Part shown: positions 20,112-30,697 of the stretch, piece by piece
Position numbering within the stretch: the stretch's first letter is position 1
Layout: the number at the start of each line of letters is the position of its first letter
Source of the DNA: Fibrobacteria bacterium
Lineage (GTDB): Bacteria; Fibrobacterota; Fibrobacteria; UBA11236
Assembly: GCA_041746255.1 (NCBI GenBank)
Contig: JBGTHM010000005.1
Location: 79,025-143,024, forward strand
DNA: 64,000 nt
Direction of reading: 5' to 3'
The notes under the pieces: generated by a model
Database searches by the model: none
What the model was told of the DNA's origin: nothing
The model's input: the letters and a program-made list of their open reading frames with translations, nothing else
Program-made: the position numbers and the translations under genes

Positions 20112-22661
20112 ATGCACATGCCGAATACGCCGGAGTCCGCTTTTACCGACTTACCGATGCAGCTGGATCTAGGGCGTGATCAGGAATTGCACGAAGCCAT
20201 AATCCCATTAAAGATTTTGGAAACCCTGCTTCCACTGGGATTATGGGCATGCGACCCTGAGGGGCGCATAGCCTACCTCAGCCCTGCCCTGCATTCGCTT
20301 GTGAATTTCACTCCGCTCGAGAATCTCGGATTCGAGGATTTGGAAGACCCCGAACCGGGTTCATCATACACCGCTCCGCAGGCCTGGTTGGCGGCCTTGA
20401 AAGAAGGACGGTGCGAAGATTACACCTTCACTCTTCGCGATTCCAAGGGAGGGAGGCGTTCGATACTAAGGAGGGGGATTCCCGTTTTCGCGTCGGATTC
20501 CGCCTTAAAAGGCTGGTTCGGCTTTCACCTGGACCATCCCAACCTCCCACTCACTATTGAAAATCGGGATGATGTGGAAGATGCTTCCGAAGCGGACGAT
20601 TCCGTCATCCCGGATTCCAAAAGCCTCAAGGGCATAGCACAAGAGCTTAAAATCACGGACGAAACGCTTGCGCTTATTTTCAACAGCGTTTCCGATCTGA
20701 TAATCCTGCTTACCGTTGAGGATGAAGGCGAGGACGCCGACTACCGCTTTCTCAAGTTCAACCAACCGCTCATTCAATTCGGTTATCCTGTAAAAGAAGA
20801 GGTGATAGGCAAAAGCCTGAGCGAGGTGGTATCCGAACCCTATCTCAGTTTTTTCCGGGCCAAATGCGGTGAGGTGCGTAAAAAAAAGGAGGCGATGGCT
20901 TTCGAATACCAGACCAACAAGGACGGCGGTGTACGCACGGTGGAGGCGAAGTATACGCCCCTCATCGACAGCTCCGGTCGCTGCACCCACATACTCGTCG
21001 TATCGCGTGATATCCAGGAACGGAAACAAAACGAAGCGAAAATCCGCATTCTCAATGAGGAGTTGGGACGCAGAGTGCGCGAATTGCAAACGATATTCGA
21101 TACGGCTCCCGTAGGTTTGATTCTCATCAAAGAACCGGATAGCCGCTTCGTGAAACTCAATCCCGTCATGGCCCGGATGCTGGAGCTCGACGACGACGAA
21201 TTTTTCGAGGCCTACTCAGCGACCGCCTCGGGACCGCTGGGATCCTATCGGATTTGGCGCGGAGACGTAGAATTGCGACCCGAGGAAACTCCGATGGGAC
21301 GCTGCCTCGCGACCGGCCTTCCGGTACGCGAGGAGGAATTGGAAATCCGCTTCCCGCATGGCCGAAATCGCTTTCTGGTCGGTAGCGCGGCGCCGGTTTT
21401 CGACGATAAAGGAAAAGTACGTGGCGCCATCGGCGCATTTGTGGATATTTCCGAGAAAAAGAAGCAGGAGGAATCGCTTAAGAAAAACGAAGCCAAATTG
21501 TTGCAATCCCGGAAGATGGAGGCCATTGGCCAACTGGCGGGTGGCGTCGCGCACGACTTCAACAATCTGTTGACCGCCATCAACGGTTACGCCGATTTAC
21601 TCCTCCATGAATCCCCATTGGATGACAATCGGAAAACTTACGTGACGGAAATCAAAAAATCGGGAGAGCGGGCCGCGGCTCTGACCCACCAATTGCTTGC
21701 CTACAGCCGCCAGCAAATCCTGTCTCCCCGGAAAATGGATCTCAACGCGGTGGTGGTTGACATGGTCAACTTGCTGAGCCGTCTCATCGGCAAAGAAATC
21801 GATTTGGTAACGCTGACACCGGAGAGACCGACCTTCGTCAACGCAGACCCCGGGCAAATCGAACAGGTGGTACTGAACCTGGCCGTCAACGCGCGCGATG
21901 CCATGCCCGAGGGTGGGGAACTCCTGATAAAAGTTTCCTGCGAAACCCGCGTCATACCGGATAAGCCGCCGAGTGAAGACGCCTTTCAACATTACGGTGT
22001 ACTATGGGTTTCCGACACGGGCCATGGGATGGACGAATCCGTGAAGGATCGCCTTTTCGAACCATTTTTCACTACCAAGGAATTGGGCAAGGGAACCGGA
22101 TTGGGGCTTTCGGTGGTGGAAGGCATCGTAAAGCAAAGCGGAGGCTTTATTGAATTACAAAGCGAGCCCGGTCAAGGGACGCTTTTCAAGGTCTATTTGC
22201 CTGCCCTGGAGGCCAAAAGCGAAAAAAAGACCCGCTCAGAGGGCGAAAGAATCACCGAGAGGCTGCCGATAACCGGGCAAGGCACCCTGCTTTTGGTGGA
22301 AGACGAGGACATGGTCCGGAAATTCGTGGCCAATGTCCTTACGGTCGGAGGCTACCAGGTGCTTACCGCCGCCAACGGCGCTGAAGCCCTCCTTGTCAGT
22401 GAACGGCACCCGGGACCCATAGACGTACTGATAAGCGACGTTGTCATGCCCCAGATGAACGGCCCTAAACTCGCCGAACGACTGGCCGAGCATCGGGCGG
22501 GGTTACGTATTCTCTTCATGTCCGGTTATACCGATGATTCCATCGTGAAGCACGGCTTCCTCCAGGCCGGTTGCCATTTCCTGCAAAAGCCTTTTGCACC
22601 CAAGGTGATCCTTAGGAAGCTGCAAGAGATTTTCAATTCCGAAACCGTTTCCTCCCAATAA
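20112..22661 (+). CDS. Multi-PAS hybrid histidine kinase
   Basis: Three PAS-like regions; AHDFNNLL; GTGLGL; REC (VEDE, ISDVVMP, KPF). Confidence 0.95.
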   Translation: MHMPNTPESAFTDLPMQLDLGRDQELHEAIIPLKILETLLPLGLWACDPEGRIAYLSPALHSLVNFTPLENLGFEDLEDPEPGSSYTAPQAWLAALKEGRCEDYTFTLRDSKGGRRSILRRGIPVFASDSALKGWFGFHLDHPNLPLTIENRDDVEDASEADDSVIPDSKSLKGIAQELKITDETLALIFNSVSDLIILLTVEDEGEDADYRFLKFNQPLIQFGYPVKEEVIGKSLSEVVSEPYLSFFRAKCGEVRKKKEAMAFEYQTNKDGGVRTVEAKYTPLIDSSGRCTHILVVSRDIQERKQNEAKIRILNEELGRRVRELQTIFDTAPVGLILIKEPDSRFVKLNPVMARMLELDDDEFFEAYSATASGPLGSYRIWRGDVELRPEETPMGRCLATGLPVREEELEIRFPHGRNRFLVGSAAPVFDDKGKVRGAIGAFVDISEKKKQEESLKKNEAKLLQSRKMEAIGQLAGGVAHDFNNLLTAINGYADLLLHESPLDDNRKTYVTEIKKSGERAAALTHQLLAYSRQQILSPRKMDLNAVVVDMVNLLSRLIGKEIDLVTLTPERPTFVNADPGQIEQVVLNLAVNARDAMPEGGELLIKVSCETRVIPDKPPSEDAFQHYGVLWVSDTGHGMDESVKDRLFEPFFTTKELGKGTGLGLSVVEGIVKQSGGFIELQSEPGQGTLFKVYLPALEAKSEKKTRSEGERITERLPITGQGTLLLVEDEDMVRKFVANVLTVGGYQVLTAANGAEALLVSERHPGPIDVLISDVVMPQMNGPKLAERLAEHRAGLRILFMSGYTDDSIVKHGFLQAGCHFLQKPFAPKVILRKLQEIFNSETVSSQ

Positions 22662-22785
22662 GCCCCGCGCCGGACGTAGCGTGCCCGAGGTGGGCCTGTC
22701 CTTTCATTCGCGAAAAACCTTGCATCGAAACCCCAAAACGTACTGATTAGGGATATGGTCTCATACAATCGGAAGGGGTGAATTT

Positions 22786-22950
22786 ATGTTAGGTGCAGCA
22801 TTGTTGTTTTTGATTGTGGCTATTGCAGCCGCCGTGTTGGGATTCGGCGGTATCGCGGGCACCGCCTCGTGGATAGCCCAAATCCTTTTTGTGGTTTTCT
22901 TGATCCTGGCCGTTATCAGCTTCTTTACCGGAAGGCGACCTACGGTCTGA
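22786..22950 (+). CDS. DUF1328 (YtjA-like) small membrane protein, 54 aa, absent from the ORF track
   Basis: Translated manually: [63 protein letters not shown]. Confidence 0.92.
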   Translation: MLGAALLFLIVAIAAAVLGFGGIAGTASWIAQILFVVFLILAVISFFTGRRPTV

Positions 22951-23062
22951 CGCGAATTGGCGGTGCAAACGGGTTCTAGCGGGTAGCGTAGCGGCGATTC
23001 CCGCCCTACCGACTCCCGCGAGCCAAAATGCGTGGTAAAGATTAATTTTATCGGGGACCAAT

Positions 23063-24259
23063 ATGCTCGCATTCCCCGATGATTTTGGCCGATATGGCCC
23101 CTATGGCGGTAAATACGCCCCCGAGATCTTAATGCCCGCTCTGGAAGAGTTAGAAGCCCGTTATTCGACCCTGAAAGACAACCCGGATTTTCAAAAAGAG
23201 CTTGCCGGCCATCTTAAAGACTTTGTGGGACGGCCTTCCCCGCTTTATTTCGCCGAACGTCTTACCGCGCATTGCGGAGGCGCCCGTATCTACCTGAAAC
23301 GGGAAGATTTGAACCATACCGGCGCGCATAAAATCAATAATTCGTTGGCCCAGGTATTGATTGCCCGGGAAATGGGGAAAAAACGGATTATCGCCGAAAC
23401 CGGCGCCGGTCAGCATGGCGTGGCCACCGCCACCGCTGCCGCCAAATTCGACATGGAGTGCGTAGTCTATATGGGCCGGGTCGACATGGAACGGCAAGCG
23501 CCCAATGTCGACCGGATGCGCCTTTTAGGCACCCGGGTCGAACCCGTTGATTCGGGTAGCCGCACCCTGAAAGACGCAATTAATGAGGCCATTCGGGATT
23601 GGGTGACGAATATCGAAACCACCCACTACGTTTTCGGCTCTGTACTGGGGCCCCACCCCTATCCCATGATTGTCCGAGACTTTCAAAAAGTGATCGGCGA
23701 GGAATGTGAAGTACAAATCCTGGAAAAAGAGGGCCGCCTTCCCGACTACTTACTGGCTTGCGTAGGCGGAGGCAGCAATGCCATGGGATTGTTTTACAAC
23801 TTTTTAGACAAACCTTCGGTTAAAATGCGAGGCATCGAGGCCGGCGGTGAAGGCATTGCCGGCGGGAAACACGCGGCCCGATTTTCCGGAGGAAGCCTGG
23901 GAATTCTGCATGGAACCAAAAGCTATGTCCTGCAAACTCCCCAAGGTCAAATCGCCGAAACCCATTCCATTTCGGCGGGCCTCGACTATCCCTCCATCGG
24001 ACCTGAGCACGCCTACTACCACGACAGCGGGCGTATCGAATACACCTTTTGCGAGGACCAAGCAGCTTTAAACGCCTTTCAGACCCTTTGCCGGTTGGAA
24101 GGAATCATTCCGGCATTGGAGAGCTCGCATGCGGTGGCGGAAGCGCTCAAGCTCGCCCCCACCCTATCTCCCGATAAAATCATCGTCGTCAACCTATCCG
24201 GTCGCGGCGACAAGGATTTGCAGTCGGTACTGCAACTCCTGCTTCCCAAAGGCAAATAA
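23063..24259 (+). CDS. trpB: Tryptophan synthase beta chain
   Basis: [39 protein letters not shown]. Confidence 0.99.
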   Translation: MLAFPDDFGRYGPYGGKYAPEILMPALEELEARYSTLKDNPDFQKELAGHLKDFVGRPSPLYFAERLTAHCGGARIYLKREDLNHTGAHKINNSLAQVLIAREMGKKRIIAETGAGQHGVATATAAAKFDMECVVYMGRVDMERQAPNVDRMRLLGTRVEPVDSGSRTLKDAINEAIRDWVTNIETTHYVFGSVLGPHPYPMIVRDFQKVIGEECEVQILEKEGRLPDYLLACVGGGSNAMGLFYNFLDKPSVKMRGIEAGGEGIAGGKHAARFSGGSLGILHGTKSYVLQTPQGQIAETHSISAGLDYPSIGPEHAYYHDSGRIEYTFCEDQAALNAFQTLCRLEGIIPALESSHAVAEALKLAPTLSPDKIIVVNLSGRGDKDLQSVLQLLLPKGK

Positions 24260-24260
24260 G

Positions 24261-25067
24261 GTGGAAAAAATCTCATCCACCTTTGCGAAGCTTGCCGAAA
24301 AGGGCCACCGTGCCTTTATCCCCTATCTTGCCGCAGGCGTTCCCGGAGTGGAGGAAACCGTGGAATTGGTATTGGGGCTGGAAGCCTGGGGAGCCGACAT
24401 CATCGAATTGGGCTACCCCTTTTCGGACCCCATGGCCGATGGAGTCGTCAATCAGGCCGCCGCCAACCTGGCGCTGAAAAAAGGCGTCGATGTCGAGGTG
24501 TATTTCACCATAATCGAAAAAATCAGGAAACATTCCCGGATACCCCTGGTTGTTTTCTCCTACCTGAATCCCATTCATAAAATCGGATTCGAGACCTTTA
24601 TCACCCGAGCAGCGTCTCTCGATGTCGATGGCCTGTTATTGGTGGACATGCCGGTGGAAGAATCGGCGGAAGTGCACTCGTTGTGCGCGCGCATGGGACT
24701 CGTCAACATCTATTTGCTCGCGCCCACCACCACTCCCGAGCGGCGCGAACGCGTGCTTAAGAATTCCGGCGGCTTCGTATATTATGTCTCGCGCACGGGC
24801 ATAACCGGGGAGCAACAGGATTTCCAGGAATCTTTCGCGGAAAAATTAGGCGTTGTCAAAAAAGCATCGCAATTGCCGATTGCCGTAGGGTTCGGAATTT
24901 CCACGCCGGAACAGGTACGCACCGTATGCGGGCTGGCCGACGGCGTCGTGGTCGGCAGCGCCTTGGTACGCCGCACCATGGAAGACAAGCCTTTCAAAAC
25001 CTTGATGCGTGAAATGGAAGCTTTCGCAAAACCGCTAATCGCACCTACGAAAGAATCATGGAATTAG
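24261..25067 (+). CDS. trpA: Tryptophan synthase alpha chain
   Basis: IELGYPFSDPMADG, VSRTGITG, VGFGIS, VVGSA; GTG start 1 nt after the trpB stop. Confidence 0.98.
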   Translation: MEKISSTFAKLAEKGHRAFIPYLAAGVPGVEETVELVLGLEAWGADIIELGYPFSDPMADGVVNQAAANLALKKGVDVEVYFTIIEKIRKHSRIPLVVFSYLNPIHKIGFETFITRAASLDVDGLLLVDMPVEESAEVHSLCARMGLVNIYLLAPTTTPERRERVLKNSGGFVYYVSRTGITGEQQDFQESFAEKLGVVKKASQLPIAVGFGISTPEQVRTVCGLADGVVVGSALVRRTMEDKPFKTLMREMEAFAKPLIAPTKESWN

Positions 25068-25318
25068 AAAACTGGCGCGGCCAAATCGATGAATTGAATC
25101 TCAAGTTGCTCAAAGCCTTGAACGACCGCGCCCGTTGCGCTTTGGAAATCGCGAAGGTGAAAAAACGGGAAATGCTGCCCGTATACGATCCCTCCCGCGA
25201 AAAAAAGATTTTTGAAAATATCCTCGCGCATAATACCGGCCCGCTTTCCAATGAATCCGTGCAAAGAATTTTCGCCTGCATCATTGAGGAACATCGGCGT
25301 ATGCAAGAATCCGCATGA
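25058..25318 (+). CDS. Chorismate mutase (AroQ type)
   Basis: LENWRGQIDE...LNDRA...K...VYDPSRE. Confidence 0.92.
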   Translation: MELENWRGQIDELNLKLLKALNDRARCALEIAKVKKREMLPVYDPSREKKIFENILAHNTGPLSNESVQRIFACIIEEHRRMQESA

Positions 25319-26484
25319 GCGTAAATCCACCCTTTGAAAACATAGCCCTGGTGGGACTCGGTCTGCTCGGTGGTTCGCTTGCCGAGGCCGTGCGGCGCCA
25401 ATGGCCCGACGTAAAAATTTCCGGAATATCCTCTTCGGCCGCTTTGGCCCGCGCCCAAAAAGCCGGCCTCATCGACTTTGCCGCCGAATACAGCCAAATC
25501 AACGAGGTTTGCGAAAAAGCTGATTTGATATTGCTCTGCACGCCTATCCATAGCATTTTGCAACAGTTGAAAACTTGGAAAAAAAGCCCTCCGAAATTCG
25601 GCCCAAAGTGTGTCGTATCCGACGTGGGTAGCACCAAGGTCGCCATTTGTGCCGCGGGCCGCGAGGCATTTCCCGCTTCGGCGCAAGGTCCCTGTTTCAT
25701 TGGCTCGCACCCCATGGCAGGCAGCGAGAGAACCGGCTTGGAAGCCCGCGACCCGCATTTGTTTGAGAATGCCTCCTGGGTGATCTGTCCGGACGCGCAA
25801 ACCCCCGCCGACACGGTCAACCGGTATCAGAACTTTCTGGAAGGGCTCGGCGCTCGCACCACTTTGTTGGATCCCGATTTGCATGATGCCGTCGCCGCCC
25901 ATGTCTCCCATCTCCCCCAATTGATATCCACCGCCTTGGCCAGCTTCGTGAGCGGACGCGAAGGCGTGGTGGAGCATTGTCTTAAAATAGCGGGCGGGGG
26001 ATTTCGTGACATGACCCGCATCGCGGCTTCTTCCTATTCCATTTGGGAACCCATCCTGCGCACCAACCGCAAATCGGTGTCAGAGTCACTGGAAGCCTAT
26101 ATTACGCACCTAAGCGCTCTGGGCAACGCATTGCACCCGCCCGCGAAATCCCATGACAATGAAGAAAAAACGACGGTGGCCATCCCGGATCCGGCGGAAT
26201 TTTTCCAGCGGGGCGGCGAATTGCGGAAAAACCTATCGACTTTGAAAAAAGGCTTCAGCACGCCGTTGGCCGAGATTTTGGTGGATTTACGCGATCAACC
26301 GGGTATGTTGCTTTCCGCGCTGACTCCTTTGGCCGCCAAATCGATCAATGTACTCGACCTCGAAATCCTTAAAGTGCGCGAAGGCGAGGACGGAAGCCTG
26401 ATGATGGCCTTCAAAAAAACCTCCGAAGCCGAAGCGGCGGTGCAACTACTCATAGAGAACGGCTTCAAGGCGCGCCTGCGTTGA
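25315..26484 (+). CDS. tyrA: Prephenate dehydrogenase with ACT domain
   Basis: GLGLLGGS, DVGSTK, HPMAGSE, SHLPQ, GFRDMTRIA; C-terminal DQPGML ACT. Confidence 0.93.
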   Translation: MSVNPPFENIALVGLGLLGGSLAEAVRRQWPDVKISGISSSAALARAQKAGLIDFAAEYSQINEVCEKADLILLCTPIHSILQQLKTWKKSPPKFGPKCVVSDVGSTKVAICAAGREAFPASAQGPCFIGSHPMAGSERTGLEARDPHLFENASWVICPDAQTPADTVNRYQNFLEGLGARTTLLDPDLHDAVAAHVSHLPQLISTALASFVSGREGVVEHCLKIAGGGFRDMTRIAASSYSIWEPILRTNRKSVSESLEAYITHLSALGNALHPPAKSHDNEEKTTVAIPDPAEFFQRGGELRKNLSTLKKGFSTPLAEILVDLRDQPGMLLSALTPLAAKSINVLDLEILKVREGEDGSLMMAFKKTSEAEAAVQLLIENGFKARLR

Positions 26485-27944
26485 GCAAAGCCAGTCCGCA
26501 ACAGAATATGGAGACGACTCTGGCCATACCGGAAACCTTGGAACTCAAACGCTGTAAGAAACTGCGGGGGACGCTCATTCTGTCTGGTGACCCTGGAATC
26601 GCCTCCCATGCCCTTTTATTGGCGGCATTGGCGCCGGGCGTAACGCGCATCGAAAACCTACCGGACGAAGAGGGTACCCAGGCGCTTTTGGCGCACCTCG
26701 AAACCATGGGTTGTTCGGTGGATTGGGAAGACGGGCATTTGCTGCTTACGGGCGGAACGCAGCGGCTGCAGGACTGGAGCGAACCCTTTTCACCCCGGCA
26801 TGAAACGGATTTATTGGGTCTGCTCGGAATTACCGCGGGACTCGGGCTGGCCGGGCCGGTACGGGTGGACTTGCATCGCATTCCCGGGGAGGTCGTGGAC
26901 AATAGCCTGCGCTTGCTCCAGCTTGGCTTCATCCCAATCGACGAGGGCGAGCAAATCGAGTCTTCCCAACCCTTCCGCATTCTGGAAGCCGCGAGCTTGC
27001 GGGAAAACCTCGCCGCTCAATTGCCGGGCCCGGTGCAGGCCGAGCGATTGCACTTGGAAGAACATACGGCCAAAACCATTCTGCTTTACCACCAGGTAGC
27101 CGCGGGCAAAGGTCTGCATTTGCAATTGCGGAAAAGCGGGATCGATCATCTTGAGAATCTGCTTTTGCAATTTCAGGCGCCCCTCGTCGTTCAAAAACAT
27201 GAGGCCCGTGAAATGGACGAGCTTGCGCGCCGCATCGCACGGCAAATGCGTGGGTCCGATAAACCCGAAAACCCCTATCAAATACGCTTGGCTTCGCAGG
27301 CAGATTCTCAACCCGCCTTACAACCGCCTTTTTTGCGGCTTCCCGGCGATGTTACCCTGGGATCCCTCTATCTCCTGGCGGCCACCTTGGTAAACGGATC
27401 CGATCTGGTCCTGGATAACTTCGGCCTCAATTCCGGACGCATGGGGTTTCTCCAAGCGCTGAAACGCATGGGTGCCGATATCGAGATAGTCTCCCGTCGC
27501 GAGAAATTCGGTGAAACCTTTGGGCAAGTCCGGGTTCGCACCGCCGAGCTCATGGGAAAGCGCTTCGGCAGGGAAAATCTCGAAGGCATGCGCGATGAGA
27601 TACCCCTCCTCATTATGGCCGCGGCTTTCGCGGAAGGTGAAACCATACTCCGCGACATCGGATTTATGCGAACCTACGGCAACGACCTCTTGAAATCCAT
27701 GATTAATTCCCTCAAATCGGTAGGCGTGGAAATCGGGGAAGTCGAAGACGGGCTGGTGGTCCGGGGCAAAACCGAGTACGACGGAGGAACCTTCCAGGCA
27801 TTTGGGCATCCGGTGCTGGGCGCGGCTTATTACCTTTTAGGCATGAAATCGCATGGCATCACGGAAGTACGGGGCATTGAAGGAATAAAGGCCAGATTCC
27901 CCGGATTTCTGGAAGAATTGGGCCGGCTCACGGAGCCGACGTGA
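26481..27944 (+). CDS. EPSP synthase (AroA) homologue with degenerate active site
   Basis: AroA fold landmarks are present (TRIENL, PGD, LKRMGADI, DEIP...AFAEGET, DGLVVRG, FPGF). The KS, NSGT, SAQ, KESDR and DHR motifs are replaced. Confidence 0.85.
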   Translation: MSKASPQQNMETTLAIPETLELKRCKKLRGTLILSGDPGIASHALLLAALAPGVTRIENLPDEEGTQALLAHLETMGCSVDWEDGHLLLTGGTQRLQDWSEPFSPRHETDLLGLLGITAGLGLAGPVRVDLHRIPGEVVDNSLRLLQLGFIPIDEGEQIESSQPFRILEAASLRENLAAQLPGPVQAERLHLEEHTAKTILLYHQVAAGKGLHLQLRKSGIDHLENLLLQFQAPLVVQKHEAREMDELARRIARQMRGSDKPENPYQIRLASQADSQPALQPPFLRLPGDVTLGSLYLLAATLVNGSDLVLDNFGLNSGRMGFLQALKRMGADIEIVSRREKFGETFGQVRVRTAELMGKRFGRENLEGMRDEIPLLIMAAAFAEGETILRDIGFMRTYGNDLLKSMINSLKSVGVEIGEVEDGLVVRGKTEYDGGTFQAFGHPVLGAAYYLLGMKSHGITEVRGIEGIKARFPGFLEELGRLTEPT

Positions 27945-28939
27945 AAAAGGGCCCCAGCCGTCTCTCCCATAGTACCCGAAAGAAGAAAAATCCTAATCAG
28001 GGCCGCTCCGCACTTGAGCTGGGTCCATTGGCGTTGGACCCTCATGTTACGCCTCCGCAACGCGACATTCACACCATCGGCGTGGTGGCCTTTAACGGCG
28101 CCGGCTCTTCGGTGCTTGATGGATTGCATAAATGGTCCAAGCAAAATCCGGAAACCGCGCTGGTACTCAATCGCCGCCTGGCATCCCAGGGCGGTAAACT
28201 TTTTCCGGTGCGCTCCGACGCCTTTTTGAGATCGCGTACCGACCTCCTGCTATCGCTGGGCGGGGACGGCACCTTTCTTTCGGCCGCGCGCCTGGTCCGG
28301 GGAACCGGCGTGCCCATTTTGGGAGTGAACCTGGGTAAAGTCGGCTTTTTGGCCGACGTCCCGCCGGAAAACCTGGCCCGCATCCTCGACGAAATATTAC
28401 GGCGCGAATACAGCTTGCGACACCGCATGATGTTGCAAGTGGAGGTTTACGAGGGCGACAAGAAAGTGAACGAGGATTTGGCCCTGAACGACGTGGCCTT
28501 CGCGGGCCGCATGGGCTTCCAGATGGTAAACCTGCGTGTATCGGCCCATGGCCAATTTCTTACCGAATATTACGTGGACGGCCTCTTGGTATCCACTCCC
28601 ACGGGTTCTACGGCCTACGCTTTATCCGCGGGAGGCCCCATCATCCATCCATCGGTACACTCCATCCTGTTAACGCCGCTCAGCCCCTCCTCCCTTTCGG
28701 TTCGGCCCCTGGTCCTGCCGGATTACCATGTCATCACCGTGGAAGCGGATATGGATAGGAAACAGGAAGTGAATCTGGTCATCGACGGGCGCACCAATAT
28801 CCCCCTCAAAAAGAATCAAACGGTGGTACTGCGAAAAAGTGAAGTGGGCACTTGCATCTTGCGGCCCAAGTCTTCTTCGTATTTCGAATCGCTCCGCGGC
28901 AAGCTGGGATGGAGCGGAAGCGCCTTGCGCAAAGGATAA
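27941..28939 (+). CDS. nadK: NAD kinase
   Basis: GGDGTFL, GVNLGKVGFL, LND, STPTGSTAYALSAGGP. Confidence 0.97.
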   Translation: MKKGPSRLSHSTRKKKNPNQGRSALELGPLALDPHVTPPQRDIHTIGVVAFNGAGSSVLDGLHKWSKQNPETALVLNRRLASQGGKLFPVRSDAFLRSRTDLLLSLGGDGTFLSAARLVRGTGVPILGVNLGKVGFLADVPPENLARILDEILRREYSLRHRMMLQVEVYEGDKKVNEDLALNDVAFAGRMGFQMVNLRVSAHGQFLTEYYVDGLLVSTPTGSTAYALSAGGPIIHPSVHSILLTPLSPSSLSVRPLVLPDYHVITVEADMDRKQEVNLVIDGRTNIPLKKNQTVVLRKSEVGTCILRPKSSSYFESLRGKLGWSGSALRKG

Positions 28940-28944
28940 CGCCC

Positions 28945-30621
28945 ATGTTGCGTGAACTTAAAATCGAAAATCTGGTCATCATTGACTCCGCCGCGCTCAA
29001 GTGGAAAGACGGTTTCACAGCGATAACCGGAGAAACCGGCGCGGGAAAGTCCGTGCTCATGAACGCGCTGAAATTCATTCTCGGCGGCAAGGTCAAACCG
29101 GATATTATCCGCCGGGGCGAAGACAAACTGCGCGTGGAGGCGGTATTCGACATGCCCGCATCCCGCGCCTTCCTCGAAATATTGACTTCCCTCGAATTGG
29201 ATGCCGAAGTCGATGAAATCCTTCTGCAGCGTGAATTGACCGCTGCGGGCCGCAATCGCTGCCGCGTGAATGGAACCGTGGTCACGCTCTCGGACCTTGA
29301 GTTGCTGGGATCGCGACTGGTTGATTTGCATGGCCAGCATCAACAACAATCCCTCTTCGACTCGCGTACGCATCTGGAATTTCTCGACTCCTTCGCCAAG
29401 CTCGAAGGCGAGCGCGAAGTCTACTCCCGGCTCTTCCGGGAGTGGAAGGAAATGGCTCGCCGTATCGAGGAAAGACGCGAGGAATCGCGACGCATCCAGG
29501 AACAATTCGATTTTCTGCAGTTCCAACACAAGGAATTGGAGAAAGCCCGGCTCACCCCCGATATGGAAGAAAAGGCCGAAGAGGAATTGCGGGTACAATC
29601 GGGACTGGAAAAAATCAGCGGGGTGATCCAGGGCGCGTTGTCCATGCTGGACGGCGAAGAGGGCGACATGCGTGCCCGCCTTTCGCGCCTGCAAAAGGAA
29701 CTTTCCGTCCTGGACAAATTCATGACCCAGCATCCTTTTCAGACCTATGGCGAGAAACTGGAAACCGCCCGGCAAACCCTTTTGGACCTGGCGGCCGATT
29801 TACGGAGTTACGCCCTTCCCCAATCGGTGGATTCGGCGCGCATCGATCAACTCAACACCCGGCTGGCACTGCTTCAGAAATTGAAGGCCAAATACCATTC
29901 CGACCTGGCCGGGCTCATCGAGCTACGCGATCGTCGCGAACGTGAGTTACGGGACTTCACCAACTCACAAGCCGATATCGAGATGCTGGAAGCGGAGGCG
30001 CTTGAAAAGGCGGAACGCCTCAAATCTCTCGCCCAGAACCTGAGCAAGGAGCGCTTGCGTGCCAGCGCCGCCTTCGACAGCGAGGTAAACTCGCGCCTTG
30101 CCAATTTGGGCATGGAGGGCAGCGAATTCACCACCCAAATCCTTCCTGTGGGTGAAGACGAAACCGGGTTCTCCTCAACGGGAAAAGACAAGCTGGAATT
30201 CTTCCTGAAAGCCAATGCGGGCGAAGCCGCCAAACCCTTACGGCAAATCGCTTCCGGCGGAGAAATCTCCCGCATCATGCTGGCCATCAAAACGGCTTTG
30301 GCGGCCGGAGACCCGCGACCCTTACTGGTTTTCGACGAATTGGACACCGGTATCGGCGGAGTTACGGCCAACCGCGTGGGGCAGACCTTGCGGGAATTGG
30401 CGAAACATCACCAGGTATTCGTGATCACCCACCTGCATCAAGTGGCGGCCCAAGCCCAGCAGCAGCAGCGCGTGGTCAAGGAAATGCAGGGCGGCCGGAC
30501 CGTGACGCGGGTGTTGCCTCTGAACGAAAAGGACCGCATAGGAGAGCTGGCGCGGATGATGGGCGACGAATCTTCGCGCGCCACCCGTCGCCATGCGGAA
30601 GAGATTCTTGCGCAGGAATGA
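28945..30621 (+). CDS. recN: DNA repair protein RecN
   Basis: TGETGAGKS, HGQH, ASGGEISRIML, FDELDTG, ITHLHQVA. Confidence 0.97.
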   Translation: MLRELKIENLVIIDSAALKWKDGFTAITGETGAGKSVLMNALKFILGGKVKPDIIRRGEDKLRVEAVFDMPASRAFLEILTSLELDAEVDEILLQRELTAAGRNRCRVNGTVVTLSDLELLGSRLVDLHGQHQQQSLFDSRTHLEFLDSFAKLEGEREVYSRLFREWKEMARRIEERREESRRIQEQFDFLQFQHKELEKARLTPDMEEKAEEELRVQSGLEKISGVIQGALSMLDGEEGDMRARLSRLQKELSVLDKFMTQHPFQTYGEKLETARQTLLDLAADLRSYALPQSVDSARIDQLNTRLALLQKLKAKYHSDLAGLIELRDRRERELRDFTNSQADIEMLEAEALEKAERLKSLAQNLSKERLRASAAFDSEVNSRLANLGMEGSEFTTQILPVGEDETGFSSTGKDKLEFFLKANAGEAAKPLRQIASGGEISRIMLAIKTALAAGDPRPLLVFDELDTGIGGVTANRVGQTLRELAKHHQVFVITHLHQVAAQAQQQQRVVKEMQGGRTVTRVLPLNEKDRIGELARMMGDESSRATRRHAEEILAQE

Positions 30622-30697
30622 TCTCGATAAATCCCCTCCCGCAGGCGCCGATCCCCTCGATTTAGGATCAACGGCGGGAATTACTTATAATTCCCGC

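Noticed and set aside
22951..23062. trp attenuator or T-box upstream of trpB
   Set aside because: No Trp-codon leader peptide or T-box motif; the only mini-ORF noticed is MRGKD.
22761..23072. Minus-strand ORFs of 103 and 90 aa
   Set aside because: Shadows of the plus-strand DUF1328 gene.
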